DNA of 64,000 nucleotides, from assembly GCF_035084215.1 (NCBI RefSeq), contig NC_090345.1, positions 6,634,001-6,698,000 of the forward strand, given 5' to 3'. Of this stretch, positions 1 through 12,258 are shown piece by piece. This stretch comes from Heptranchias perlo (lineage: Eukaryota). A program made the position numbers and the translations under genes. The notes under the pieces were generated by a model. The model did not search any database and was not told the DNA's origin. It worked only from the letters and a program-made list of their open reading frames with translations. Within the stretch, counting starts at the first letter, position 1. Each line of letters opens with the position of its first letter.

Positions 1-288
1 ACAAACTGGTATCTTTTGTTGCCAAGTTTCGCTGACTAGACTATTGATTCGTTTTTTTCAGACAAGTCCCCGATTTTATTAATCAAATGGCAATTAAGCC
101 GTTCTTACTCAGTATTAAATGCCGCCATGTAGTTTGGGTGTTCAGTTCATGTAGGCTGGGAAGGCCCCACGTTCAGACTGGGTCTGTGGTTGAGTTAGTT
201 GACGTCAGCACAACATCTACAAATTAGTCTCGGTGACTGCGGCCGAGGGGATAAATCTGCTACAGTCTCCTCTTGTGAGTACTGCCCA

Positions 289-532
289 NNNNNNNNNNNN
301 NNNNNNNNNNNNNNNNNNNNNNNNNNNNNNNNNNNNNNNNNNNNNNNNNNNNNNNNNNNNNNNNNNNNNNNNNNNNNNNNNNNNNNNNNNNNNNNNNNNN
401 NNNNNNNNNNNNNNNNNNNNNNNNNNNNNNNNNNNNNNNNNNNNNNNNNNNNNNNNNNNNNNNNNNNNNNNNNNNNNNNNNNNNNNNNNNNNNNNNNNNN
501 NNNNNNNNNNNNNNNNNNNNNNNNNNNNNNNN
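289..532. other. Assembly gap (N run)
   Basis: 244 N, followed by GT-rich low-complexity sequence. Confidence 0.99.
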
Positions 533-1454
533 GGTGCGATGTGTGCATAGGTGTGTATGTGTGTGTGTGGTGTATATGGGTGAGTGAGTTTGGGTGCTTG
601 TGTCAGTATGCGTGTATGTCAGTATTTTGTTGAGACGCTGGGTGAAACAGGATTACACTCAGCTCCATGCCCCCATGGTTGAATTGCCTGAAGCTACTGA
701 CTATTTAACTCACATGGGATGAATAGCTACATGGTACGGGAGATGCCCAAAATTACTCACCACCTTGGGCATCGGAGAGTTAAAGAAAGGGAAAGAAATT
801 GAGGGAAACCCCTTCATCTTTATAGTAAGATTAAGAGCCATCTCTTAATAGACTGCCCATCATAGACGGCCACGAATGGCCCAAAGCACAGAGCCACAGT
901 AAGGTAAGGATTCATATGGGCATCGCCTCACACGCCAGATTTGGTAAGATGCAGAGGGTAGAGTTACTTCCTCAAAGGGAAAGAGAGACTGTTGATAAAC
1001 ATGTCCATCCTGAATTGACCTTACGCATCCCACGAAAGCAGCAAGTGGCTCGAGTACTTTGGACCAGTGATTGTTTGCAGTCTTGAAGCTGTGATGGTCA
1101 GTCTACATAGAGTAGGCCCTTGATCTGGCAATTAGGGGGGAGGCCGAGAGCTCGGCAGCTTGGCATCCATCATCTCACCTCGGAGAACGGTCGGTGGCAT
1201 CGTCGAATGAACTGGTTAGGGGTTACTGAGCCCAGCGTTTTGCAATTACTGTCACTGTGCCTTAACCTCAGCTTCAGGGACCAGCCCTCTCCCTTACCTC
1301 CCACCCTCCCTCCCTCCCATAACTGCTCCAGATCTTAATTTCCCTTTCTGACACCAGGAATAGATGATCTACCAGTATTCCTAGAAGTTTATTGTGCTGT
1401 AGACGTGTGGCCACAATGAACTGGGTTGAGGCTGTTGAAACTTATTTCATATAG

Positions 1455-2010
1455 TTGGCAGAGGCATAGAGATAGGGAGGGGAGTGGAGAGAGAGCGAGA
1501 CAGAGAGAGAGAGACAGACACAGACAGAGAGAGTGAGACAGACAGACAGGGACATAGAGAGAGAGACAGAGAGGGACTGAGACACAGACAGACAGAAAGA
1601 CATACATAGAGAGAGAGGCAGAGAGGGACGGAGAGTAACAGAGACACAGAGAGAGAGGCAGAGATAGACAAGAAAGAAATAGAGAGATACAGAGAAAGAG
1701 AGAGCTAGAGAAACAGAGAGAGAAAGACAGAGACAGTAGAAGAGAGAGAGAGACAGACACAGAGAGATAGAGTGAGAGAAATATAGAGATAGAGAGAAAT
1801 AGAGAGAGATAGAGATAGGGGGTAGAGATAGAGACAGCAGAGTGAGAGGACAGAGCTAGATATAGAGAGAAAGAAAGGGACACAGAGAGAGGAGCAGAAA
1901 GAAACAAAGAGAGTAAAAGAGAAATATAGAGACAGAGATATAGAGAGATAGAGAGAGAATTAGAGGGAGGGAGAGGAGAGAAAGGGGAGAGAGAGACAAA
2001 GACCGAAAAA
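1455..2010. repeat. (GA)-rich microsatellite / low-complexity tract
   Basis: Degenerate GA/GACA/GATA repeats; this explains the Leu/Ser-rich ORF. Confidence 0.95.
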
Positions 2011-2402
2011 GGAGGCTTTCATTCCATCTGGCTAACTCTGAATCCTGGGTAGTGGGGAGAAAAGATTATTCCAATTTATTGCATCACCCATTCCCTCTGG
2101 GTTAGATCTGAACTTAGGTGCCTGAGGTAAAGAGACAGTGTCCTCATTCACGGTGCCACCCAGTGCCCCCTCAGAGTGCGGACCTGGGTTGCCTCTGCGT
2201 TAATTGGATCTTGATGTCAGAGTCAGCACACCGTGCCTTCCAACCCCTTCAGCGAGAGAGAGGGAAGAGATGGGGGTGGATGACCGATCTTCATTCCCTC
2301 TGAATCTGAGTTTGAGAGAAGAAGTCAAAAGACAACATTCCAACCAACCGCAGCCCTGATCTCACCATCACTCCTACAGATTAAAACACGATTCTCGTAT
2401 CG

Positions 2403-2760
2403 TGGAATCTTACAGCACAGAAGGAGGCCATTCGGCCCGTCGTGCCTGTGCCGGCTCTTTGAAAGAGTTACGCAATTAGCCCCACTCCCCCCTGCTCTTT
2501 TCCCATAGACCTGCAATTTTCTTTCCTTTCCGAGTATTTACCCAATTCCCCTTTTGAAAGTTACTATTGAATCTGCTTCCACCGCCCTTTCAGGCAGCGC
2601 GTTCCAGATCAGAACAACTCGCTGCGGAAAAAAAAATTCTCTTCATCTCTCCCTCCGGTTCATTAGCCAATTATCTTAAATCTGCGTCCTCTGGTTCCCG
2701 ACCCTCCTGCCAGTGGAAACAGTTTCTCCTGATTTACTCTCATCAAAAACCCTTCATAAC
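2403..2760 (-). mobile_element. CR1 LINE 3' fragment
   Basis: Reverse complement of the CR1 3' end (...gggccgaatggcctccttctgtgctgta) seen in plus orientation at 24600 and 56680. Confidence 0.85.
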
Positions 2761-3249
2761 AAAATTACGTTCATATATTTAAGATTCAGATCCCATAGAC
2801 TGGGGGCAACATCCTTTCGTCTGACCAGCAACCTGCTCTATTTCTACTCTGGACGTCTTCTAGTGATTCAAAGAAATGACCCGGTGATCTGTGCTGGACG
2901 GGGCGGGGGGCATCCAATGCAGCGAGCCGCAGGGTGTCCACAATCTGTGCTGTGTCCATTCCAAGGAAGTCTACTCATTTCTCTCCTGTGCATCGATGCC
3001 CTCTATGGGGCCGGGTGCAGAATCGCAGCCTCTTTCCCGGTTTGTCTCTCTCTCAAATCTTGGAAAGGAACAGATTTGGGGGGGGTGGGGGGTGGGGGGT
3101 GGGTAGGGAGAGAACAGACAAAACCTAATTGGCTCATTCCCGAAGCCCTTGAATCATTAAAGGATTGATCATTCATAAGGGAGGCGGGTCACAATGACCG
3201 CCCGGTTCCCGCTGTTTGCGAGCAAGTGAGATTTAGCGGAAGAATTTAG

Positions 3250-4447
3250 CTAACAGAGGGTGGCGAGTTTGACGCAGTCTGCATGGATTTTAGCAAGGCT
3301 TCTGACAAGGTCCCACAGGGCAGACTGGTCAGGAAAGTAAAAGCCCATGGGATCCAAGGGAAAGTGGCAAGTTGGATCCAAAATTGGCTCAGTGGCAGGA
3401 AGCAAAGGGTAATGGTCGACAGGTGTTTTTGCGACTGGGAGGCTGTTTCCAGTGGGGTTCCGCAGGGCTCAGTACGAGGTCCCTTGATTTTTGTGGTACA
3501 TATCAATGATTTAGGCTTAAATGTAGGGGGCATGATTAAGAAGTTTGCAGATGATACAAAAATTGGCCGTGTGGTTGATAGTGAGGAGGAAAGCTGTAGA
3601 CTGCAGGAAGATATCAATGGACTGGTCAGGTGGGCAGAAAAGTGGCAAATGGAATTCAATCCAGAGAAGTGTGAGGTAATGCATTTGGGGAGGGCAAACA
3701 AGGCAAGGTAATACACAATAAATGGGAGGATACTGAGAGGTGTAGAGGGACCTTGGAGTGCATGTCCACAGATCCCTGAAGATAGCAGGACAGGTAGATA
3801 AGGTGGTTAAGAAGGCATACGGGATACTTTCTTTTATTAGCTGAAGCATAGAATATAAGAGCAGGGAGGTCATGCTAGAACTGTATAAAACACTGGTTAG
3901 GCCACAGCTTGAGTACTGTGTACAGTTCTGGTCACCACATTACAGGAAGGATGTAATTGCACTAGAGAGATTTATGAGGATGTTGCCAGGACTGGAGAAT
4001 TTTGATTATGAGAAAAGATTGGATAGGCTGGGGTTGTTTTCTTTGGAACAAAGGAGGCTGAGGGGAGATTTAATTAAGGCGTATAAATTTATGAAGGGCC
4101 CAGATAGAGTGGATAGGAAGGATCTATTTCCCTTAGCAGAGAGGTCAATAACCAGCGGCCATAGGTTTAAAGTGATTGGTAGAAGGATTAGAGGGAAGTT
4201 GAGGAGAAATTTTTTCACCCAGAGGGTGGTGGGGGTCTGGAACTCACTGCCTGAAAGGGCGGTAGAGGCAGAAACCATCATTGCATTTATAAAGTACCTT
4301 GATATGCATCTTAAAGTGCAGTAACCTACAAGGCTACGGACCAAGAGCTGGAAAGTGGGATTAGGCTGGATGGCTCTCATTCGGCCGGCACAGACACGAT
4401 GGGCCGAATGGCCTCCTTCTGTGCCGCATATTTCTATGATTCTATGA
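3250..4447 (+). mobile_element. CR1 LINE, 5'-truncated, RT C-terminal half, disrupted
   Basis: DFSKA.DKVP, SGVPQGS..GP, KFADDTK and LVRPQLEYCVQFWSP motifs, with stops and frameshifts; ends in the canonical CR1 (TTCTATGA)n tail. Confidence 0.95.
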
Positions 4448-4448
4448 C

Positions 4449-4900
4449 AACTCGCATTCATGCGCCATCTTTAAGTGTAGCCAATTGTCCCAAGGCGCTT
4501 TACAAAGGAGAATCAGATGGTGGGCAGCAGTAGGAGAGTTAGGACAGGTGAGCGGAAACCTGACTGAAGAGATGGGTTTTCCAGGAGGCTTTTATAGGCA
4601 GGGGAGAACTCTTAAGGCAGAGGGAGGTTGAGATGGATGAAGGCCCTTATGCCAATGGTAGAGCAGAGGGAGTGGGGGAAGATTCATGGGAAGCCAGAGC
4701 GGCAGGAGAGAGGGGCAGGGCTTGGGACATTGCACTGGAGAAGGTTACAGACGTAGGTGGAGTGCGGCCATGGAGAGAGCTGTCAACAAGGACGATGATT
4801 TCGAATTAGATGCGCTGGGGGACGGGAAGCCAATGGAAGTAGATGAGGCTGAGGTGATGGGCAAGTGCGACTTAGAGCGGGGCCGTGGAATTTTACAGAA
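4449..4900 (-). mobile_element. Degraded L2-like LINE 3' end
   Basis: cccaaggcgctttaca terminus and a purine-rich body resembling the reverse complement of the L2 copies at 20540 and 58630. Confidence 0.5.
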
Positions 4901-5973
4901 CTCCACTTGTGGAATTAAAAAAAATTAGTTTCCTATTTTTCATGTATGTTTTTTTTCTAATGACTTCACACACACACCATCACACGTCAAGGTAGTGTTA
5001 GCACCCCAGGTGTAACATTTGTAAAACTATCCATGTCAGCATTTTCATTCGCATGCAATTCTTCTACTGTATAAGGACTTAACTGGTTTTCTCACCCAGG
5101 TAGTTAACGATGGGACAGAATTTTTTGCACCCTCCGTTTTGATCTATTTTACCTCAGGATGTCAATAAAAGAATCACTGGGCAAATGAGGGAGAGTGCGA
5201 TTAGCTTTCATCCTGTCGCCCAAGAGGATTCATCCATCGCTTCCAGCAAATGCTCCAGCGATCATTCCGGTAAAGCATACTCAAAGAAAGAAAGGAAAAC
5301 ACCAAACTCACGTGTAGACTCCTGCAATGGCTGACTGTAACTGAACTGCAGACGGCTTTGTTTTAAAGCCATTCACTTTGTGGTTTATGACAATGATACA
5401 CACTCCCAACATTTGAAATCAAGACTCTTCCAATCAGGTCCCTCTCCAACTCAGGCCCTCAAAGCTCCTACCTCTCTCGGGCTTCCCTTCCAAAAGCTTA
5501 CAGGTGTTTCAGACGTTAGGCATCCAATAAACCATTATTTCTTGATTTATCTCATCTTCTCTCCTACTCTTTTCAGCCTTGCTGGTGTCCTGCACTGTGA
5601 ACCTTGACCCTTCACCTTGACCCTTCACCTAGGTTTCTCAATAAATTGCCGGGACACCATAAATTCAGCGTTACGGGGTTTACAAGTTATCCATTTGCTC
5701 AGACCAACTTGACTTGACGTGTTGGGGGTGGGGGAAGGGGTCGCTGCTCCTCCATTGCCTGTCTACTGATGCTGTGGGGGGCTAGAGAAGGGGCTTTAGT
5801 GACCACAGTGCCCCATGTGACATGTTCCTGATCTCAGCCTGGAATAAGGATAGACACAGATCGCAGGTGAGAGTTGAATCACCCTTTCCGCTGTCCACCC
5901 CACCACCCCTGCCGTTGTTATTTCAAGCGAGTCACCTGATGGGTGTATTGCCCTGGCAATGACATTACAACAG

Positions 5974-6215
5974 TGTCAGCCTTGGCTCAGTGGCCAGCGC
6001 TCTCACCTCTGATGGCAGAAGATTGTGGGTTCCAGCCCTACTCCAGAGACTTGAGCACAGAAACTAGGCTGACACTCTAGTGCAGTACTGAGGGAGTGCT
6101 GCACTGTCGGAGGTGCAGTCTTTTGGATGAGACGTTGAAAACCGGGGTCCCGTCTGCCCTCTCGGGTGGTTGTAAAAGATCCCATGGCCACTATTTCAAA
6201 CAGACTTAGGGGAGT
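5974..6215 (+). mobile_element. tRNA-derived DeuSINE (SacSINE1/AmnSINE1-like), 5' half
   Basis: A-box TGGCTCAGTGG, B-box-like GGGTTCCAGCCC, followed by the Deu-type body (gtctgccctctcgggtggttgtaaaagatcccatggc). Confidence 0.8.
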
Positions 6216-6569
6216 TCAAAACACCAAACCCATCAGAATTATATTCTTCTTAAAAATATACTCTACACAAAGCTAGGCCCTTCTATTACGTGTGATTCCA
6301 GATAATAATTCTCGGACAAACTAGCAGCATATTGGAGAGTAGGCTGCCCCAGGTTGGAATCCCTGGACCAGTCTTCACAAGGGATTATGTGTACTGTCTA
6401 ATCTCCCTATGTTTAACTATTTCCCATAAGGGTCCCTCCAGGCTCATATCATTCTTCATGGCAGGTTGGTTTTGACACCTGGTTCTGCTGACAGGGTTGT
6501 CTCACTCAACAATTGCATTGTCTTTCTGCCCCCAGTGGAAAAGAAACCCTTCCCCAGCATCTCACTCGG

Positions 6570-6775
6570 ACCTATATCGGCCGTTCCTTCATCGTCGCCG
6601 GGTCGAAATCTCGGAACTCCCTTCCTAACAGCACTGTGGGAGAACCTTCACCTCACGGACTGCAGCGGTTCCAGAAGAAGGCGGCTCACCACCACCTTCT
6701 CAAGGGGCAACTAGGGATGGGCAATAAATGCCGTCCTTGCCAGCGACGCCCACATGCCGAGAGTGAATAAGAAAA
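6570..6775 (+). mobile_element. 3' end of second CR1-group LINE family (family B)
   Basis: Matches the 3' end of the 42740-43925 element (caccaccttctcaagggcaa.tagggatgggcaataaatgc). Confidence 0.85.
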
Positions 6776-7019
6776 CAAGGTAATTTGGAGCCGAAGGACA
6801 TTATAGTTTGCACAAGGGGAAAGGTTTCACCTACTCCCCACTCGTAGTGAAATTGTAAACATGTTGGGACAATTTCTTCTGTATCCTGTTTTTGTAGCAA
6901 AATTGTAAATGTGCTTTTTTTATATGAATCAAGAGACTAAATCATCTCAAACGCATTTGCGATTTCCCTACAAGCTCCAGAGGAATTCTTACCCCCCCCC
7001 CCCCCACCCCCGAAAAAAA

Positions 7020-7690
7020 AGACTGTGGATGCTGGGGGTCAAGTGAAATTTTAAAGTCTGAGATCGATAGATTTTTTTTAGGATGGGGGATCAAAGGATG
7101 TAGAGAAAGGGCAGGTAATTCGAATTGAGTACAGATCAGCCATGATCTAATTGAATGGCGGAACGGGCTCGAGGGGCTGAATGATCTACTTCTGTTCCTA
7201 TCTTCATCCCTCATTGTTGGGTAACATGGTTCCTTTAAGAAGCCGCCTAAACCATTGAATTTTACAGCACAGAACGAGGCCGTTCGGCCCATCGTGCCTG
7301 TGCCGGCTTTTTGAAAGAGTTATCCAATTGGTTCCACTACTCTACCCTTTCCCCATACCAATTAATAACATTTCCATAACAAAGATTTATGCACCTTACT
7401 TTTAAAAGCTTCTGTTTCTGTTTCCACCACTGTTTCTGATCAGGAATTTCATGTCCTAATAATTCTCTGCATAACAAATTCTCCGAAGTTCTCCCTTTGT
7501 TCTTTTGGTGATGATGATAAACTTATGCCCTCTAGTTACCAATTCGCCAATCACGATTTACCTACAGTACTCCTTACAATTTTAAACACTTTGCTCTGAT
7601 CTCCAATTAACCCTCTCTGCTTCTCATGAAAAGAGTTCCATTTCCTCTAGTCTCTCCTCATAAGTAAAGCCTATCTTCCTTGAGGGATTC
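7020..7690. mobile_element. Two CR1 3' fragments (about 7020-7200 plus; about 7255-7690 minus)
   Basis: CR1 3'UTR motifs gctcgaggggctgaatg and cagcacagaa..ggcc.ttcggccc. Confidence 0.75.
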
Positions 7691-8427
7691 CCTACAGAGG
7701 GAATGGAACATACATTGCTTGGGCACACAGCGCAGCAAGCATGTCAAAGCCAGCGCCATTACAGTGCAGACCTGCGTTAGGAATTAGGTTGGAAGGAGGA
7801 GCAGAGAGTGGGAGTTACGCGCAATCTGTGTAAGGCGTACTCACTCTGTGACTGACCGACCCATTTCTTCCTCTTGCCAAGCCCCTAATCACCACCGTCT
7901 CATTTCTCTGGCCTCCTACTCTTTTCAACCTTGGCCTGGTGTCCTGTACTTAGGGCTCCGGCCTTCGCCTTGGCTGCTCACTCCAGGACTGACCAACCCA
8001 CCCCTCACTCTGAGCCATGTTCACCGACCTCCTGCCGATCTGTTAAAAATACAACTTCTTTTTCTCGAGGAAAATGCCGCAGATAAAAGGGCAGGTGAGC
8101 CACCATCAGAAAGAGGAAAGCAGGATAATGTGTCAGAGGAAGACCCATCATCAGAAACACCCGAGACACCAGCCTATGACATTTGGCTGCATAACAGCCT
8201 CGAAGCAACTCGCTGCACATGAAGCTCTTTGAAAGGCGATGAGGTGCTGTATAAAACCCATGTCTTCCTTCCTGTTTCAGACACTGATCAACCATGTGAA
8301 TGTGCTCTCCTGGTTTCCGATCGCCTGAGGGGGGGTTAGAGAGGAATTTTCCAGATTACTGGCCCTGGGGTTTTTTTTCTCTGTTTCTTTGCCTCTCCCA
8401 GAAGATCACATGGCCACTGGGGGTGGG

Positions 8428-8715
8428 GAACATGGGAACGTAGGAACAAGAGGAGGCCATTCAGCCCCTCGAGCCTGTTCCGCCATTCAATGAGATAATG
8501 GCTGATCTGTATCCTGACTCCATTAAGCCTCCTTGGCTCCACGATCCCTTAATACCCTTGGCCAGCAAAAGTCTATCAATCGCAGCTTTAACATTATTAA
8601 TTGAGCTAGCGTCTACTGCTTTTTGTGGGAGGGCGTTCCACACTTCTACCGCCCTTTGCATGAAGTAAGTGTTTCCTGACTTCTCTCCTGAATGGCCTGG
8701 CTCTGATTTTAAGGT
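8428..8715 (-). mobile_element. CR1 3' fragment
   Basis: YFMQRAVEVWNALPQ C-terminal motif and a gttcctacgttccc tail. Confidence 0.8.
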
Positions 8716-9239
8716 ACTGTCCGCCACCAGTGGAAAAAGTGGAGCGGTGGGTGGGAAGGAGGGGGACGGGAAGTGTCCAGTCACGATGCTCCCGCGGTCA
8801 CGGGGTGTGGGGCAGGCTTGATAGACCTTTTTTGTTAACTCTGTCTCTCCCCCTCTCCTAATTCCTTCCGTCTCATTCTGATTTGTCCCAGCCGACGTTC
8901 TCCCCTCTATTCCTCTCCTGAAGGTGTTGACTCTCTACAGGATATGGTACCTTAAGCATGTGGTCATTATTCATGCGTGAGTGTTGATGCTGAGTGCCAG
9001 GATATTGGGTGTCGGGCGGGGGCGAGGGTGGGGTGGATATATTTGGGGGGGTGGGGGCATCAGAGCTGGGCCTGATCATGACTTTATACCCAACATCCTT
9101 ACACTCCCAGCAGGTGTCACTGCCAAACAATCAGGAGTGGGGACCCTGGCTGATTTTTCCTATCTAGCCCTCTGTCTCCATCTTATAATACATTCAAGCT
9201 TAATGTCATCTAATCACCACTGCACCATTTATCTCATGT

Positions 9240-9460
9240 TCCATTTATCCTTCAACCAACATCACTAAAACAGATTATCTGGTCACGATCACGTTGCTGT
9301 CTGTGGGACAATTGTGCACAAATTGGCTGCTGCGTTTCCTCTATTACAACAGTGACTACATTTCAAAAGTACTTCATTGGCTGTAAAGCGCTTTGGGACG
9401 TCCTGAGGTCATGAAAGGCGCTGTATAAATGCAAGACTCTTCTTTCTTTCTTTCTTTCCT
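9240..9460 (+). mobile_element. DeuSINE 3' half with (CTTT)n tail
   Basis: atttatccttcaaccaacatcactaaaacagattatctgg...aaaggcgctgtataaatgcaag followed by TTTC repeats. Confidence 0.85.
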
Positions 9461-10189
9461 TCCCTTTTCAATTTTGGTCTGGTGTCCTGTACTCGGGCCT
9501 TGGGCCTTCACCTAGGCATCTCAATAAAAATTGTGATTTTTCTGCCTGGGTCTAAGTACAAAGCCTCATGAGGCTGAGGGCAGGAGGAGCAGGGGGAGAA
9601 TACTTTGAAGTCTTGTGAAATTTGGATAAAAGGTTTATGAATGGGGGAGCTAAAGCTTGTGATGGAGATTGGTGGAAGGAGGGGAAAATAATCTTGAATC
9701 GGTGGGTCTGAGTTGAACTTTTCCTTTGACCTACACCTATTGTCCCCGATTCTTTCCAAGAAACGCTTCTCCCAGCTCTGTGACGGCGGAGTTGCTGGAT
9801 TCCACAGGACTGGGGACCTCCCAACATCTGTTTTTGCTGCAAGAACATTTTTTAATACATCTTGCGATTTACACTCAAGAAAAAAAAAACATTACCGAAA
9901 AAAAAACTGATATATCTGCAACAGAGAGAAAAGTAAGTTGACCCATCTTTCCCCAGTGACCTTTTCCCTTTTACCTCCTGTCCCTTCCTGTAATTAACTC
10001 TGCTTAGTTGTCTGACTGATTCTCTCTGGCAATTGTAGGGCACCTGAAGATGGGATGTTGTGATTTTTTAAAATTATTCATTCCTGGGATATGGGTGTCG
10101 CTGGCAATGCCAACATCTATTGCCCATCCCTAGTTGCCCCTTGACGGGTGGACAATCAGGTGTGGGAACCCTGTCCCCAGGAGTGTAAA

Positions 10190-10510
10190 TCAGACAAAAT
10201 GTGACACTGAGCCATATAAAGAGACATCAGGACAGGCGACCAAAAGTTTGCTCTAAGAGGTAGGTTTTAGGCAGCGTTCTTAAAAGAGGAGAGAGCGACG
10301 GAGAGATTTGGGGAGGGAATTCCGGAGTTTAGAGCCCAGACGGCTGATGGCACGGCCGCCAAAGGTGGGGCGAAGGGAGTGGGGAGAGTGGGTGCAGAAG
10401 AGGCCAAGGTTGAAGGAACGTGTTTTCGGAGGGTTGTGGGGCTGGAGGAGGTTACAGAGATGGGGAGGGAAGAGGCCATGGAGGGGTTTGAAAACAAGGA
10501 TGAGAACTGT
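10190..10510 (-). mobile_element. L2 LINE 3' fragment
   Basis: Reverse complement of the L2 end (GGRA.S..GSKLRNSLP region). Confidence 0.8.
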
Positions 10511-11265
10511 ACAATCGAGGTAGGTGACTACCAGGATGGTAGACGGCCAACTAGATGGACCTTGGTCTTTCTCCGCCTCGCACTGCCTATGTTCCGAAAG
10601 GGCTCATCAGAACGACAGGAAACTGAGACCGTGGTCTCCACAAACTCGTTGCTGTAAAGGGGGAAATGGGAACACATTTCCATCTAGATTGTGTGCATGT
10701 TGCATGTGCTTTTTTTAAAGAAAAGAAACATGTTTACAGCCCAAATCACATCGAATTACATTCTCTGTCACGTCCCACACACACTTCTATGAATTGCTTT
10801 TTCAACTCTCCAACATCCCACTTGAGCTGAGACAAGAGCTTCTATTTAATAAACCTCACAGTTTTACGTCTGTAGAAAACCCCCTTTCATTGCAACCTTC
10901 TGCTTGTGCACAGTTCCCCCTCACTTAAACAACACCGTACAACGGATGAGATATCGACAGAAATAGTGAAGAGCTTTATTTTGACAGCATTCTCCTTTTA
11001 TCCTGAAAATTAAACTGTTGTCGATATTTCTGTTCTGTTTATGGGGCGGGCTGGGTTGGGGGACGGCTGCTCGCGATTTAAAGTCAGGCTGGTTCTTTTT
11101 TCAGAACTCGCACAGACTGCGTCAATTACAACAAATCAGTTACAGGAGGAAATTCATTCGCTGACCAAAGTCTCCTGGCATTTTACACTATGATTGCCTC
11201 ATGCAGATATCTGGCAGCTATGGCAGTGCCGGTGAATGGGTGTATATCATGGTACAGAGGACCGA

Positions 11266-12258
11266 NNNNNNNNNNNNNNNNNNNNNNNNNNNNNNNNNNN
11301 NNNNNNNNNNNNNNNNNNNNNNNNNNNNNNNNNNNNNNNNNNNNNNNNNNNNNNNNNNNNNNNNNNNNNNNNNNNNNNNNNNNNNNNNNNNNNNNNNNNN
11401 NNNNNNNNNNNNNNNNNNNNNNNNNNNNNNNNNNNNNNNNNNNNNNNNNNNNNNNNNNNNNNNNNNNNNNNNNNNNNNNNNNNNNNNNNNNNNNNNNNNN
11501 NNNNNNNNNNNNNNNNNNNNNNNNNNNNNNNNNNNNNNNNNNNNNNNNNNNNNNNNNNNNNNNNNNNNNNNNNNNNNNNNNNNNNNNNNNNNNNNNNNNN
11601 NNNNNNNNNNNNNNNNNNNNNNNNNNNNNNNNNNNNNNNNNNNNNNNNNNNNNNNNNNNNNNNNNNNNNNNNNNNNNNNNNNNNNNNNNNNNNNNNNNNN
11701 NNNNNNNNNNNNNNNNNNNNNNNNNNNNNNNNNNNNNNNNNNNNNNNNNNNNNNNNNNNNNNNNNNNNNNNNNNNNNNNNNNNNNNNNNNNNNNNNNNNN
11801 NNNNNNNNNNNNNNNNNNNNNNNNNNNNNNNNNNNNNNNNNNNNNNNNNNNNNNNNNNNNNNNNNNNNNNNNNNNNNNNNNNNNNNNNNNNNNNNNNNNN
11901 NNNNNNNNNNNNNNNNNNNNNNNNNNNNNNNNNNNNNNNNNNNNNNNNNNNNNNNNNNNNNNNNNNNNNNNNNNNNNNNNNNNNNNNNNNNNNNNNNCAC
12001 ACACACGTACACTCACACNNNNNNNNNNNNNNNNNNNNNNNNNNNNNNNNNNNNNNNNNNNNNNNNNNNNNNNNNNNNNNNNNNNNNNNNNNNNNNNNNN
12101 NNNNNNNNNNNNNNNNNNNNNNNNNNNNNNNNNNNNNNNNNNNNNNNNNNNNNNNNNNNNNNNNNNNNNNNNNNNNNNNNNNNNNNNNNNNNNNNNNNNN
12201 NNNNNNNNNNNNNNNNNNNNNNNNNNNNNNNNNNNNNNNNNNNNNNNNNNNNNNNNNN
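11266..12258. other. Two assembly gaps (11266-11997, 12019-12258) in a CA-rich tract
   Basis: N runs separated by a 21-nt CA island and followed by (CA)-rich sequence to about 12342. Confidence 0.99.

Noticed and set aside
7848-8222. 124-aa ORF with an acidic tail
   Set aside because: Non-ATG start, no known domain and no convincing splice structure.
9552-9940. Minus-strand acceptor-like cttttctctctgttgcag with a downstream 98-aa ORF
   Set aside because: The translation is unrelated to SFRP5 exon 2/3 or any protein I recognise.
11160-11265. Peptides GPLYH... and EAII... faintly like SFRP C-terminal or exon 2 text
   Set aside because: Too short, interrupted by a stop and lacking the conserved cysteines; likely chance.
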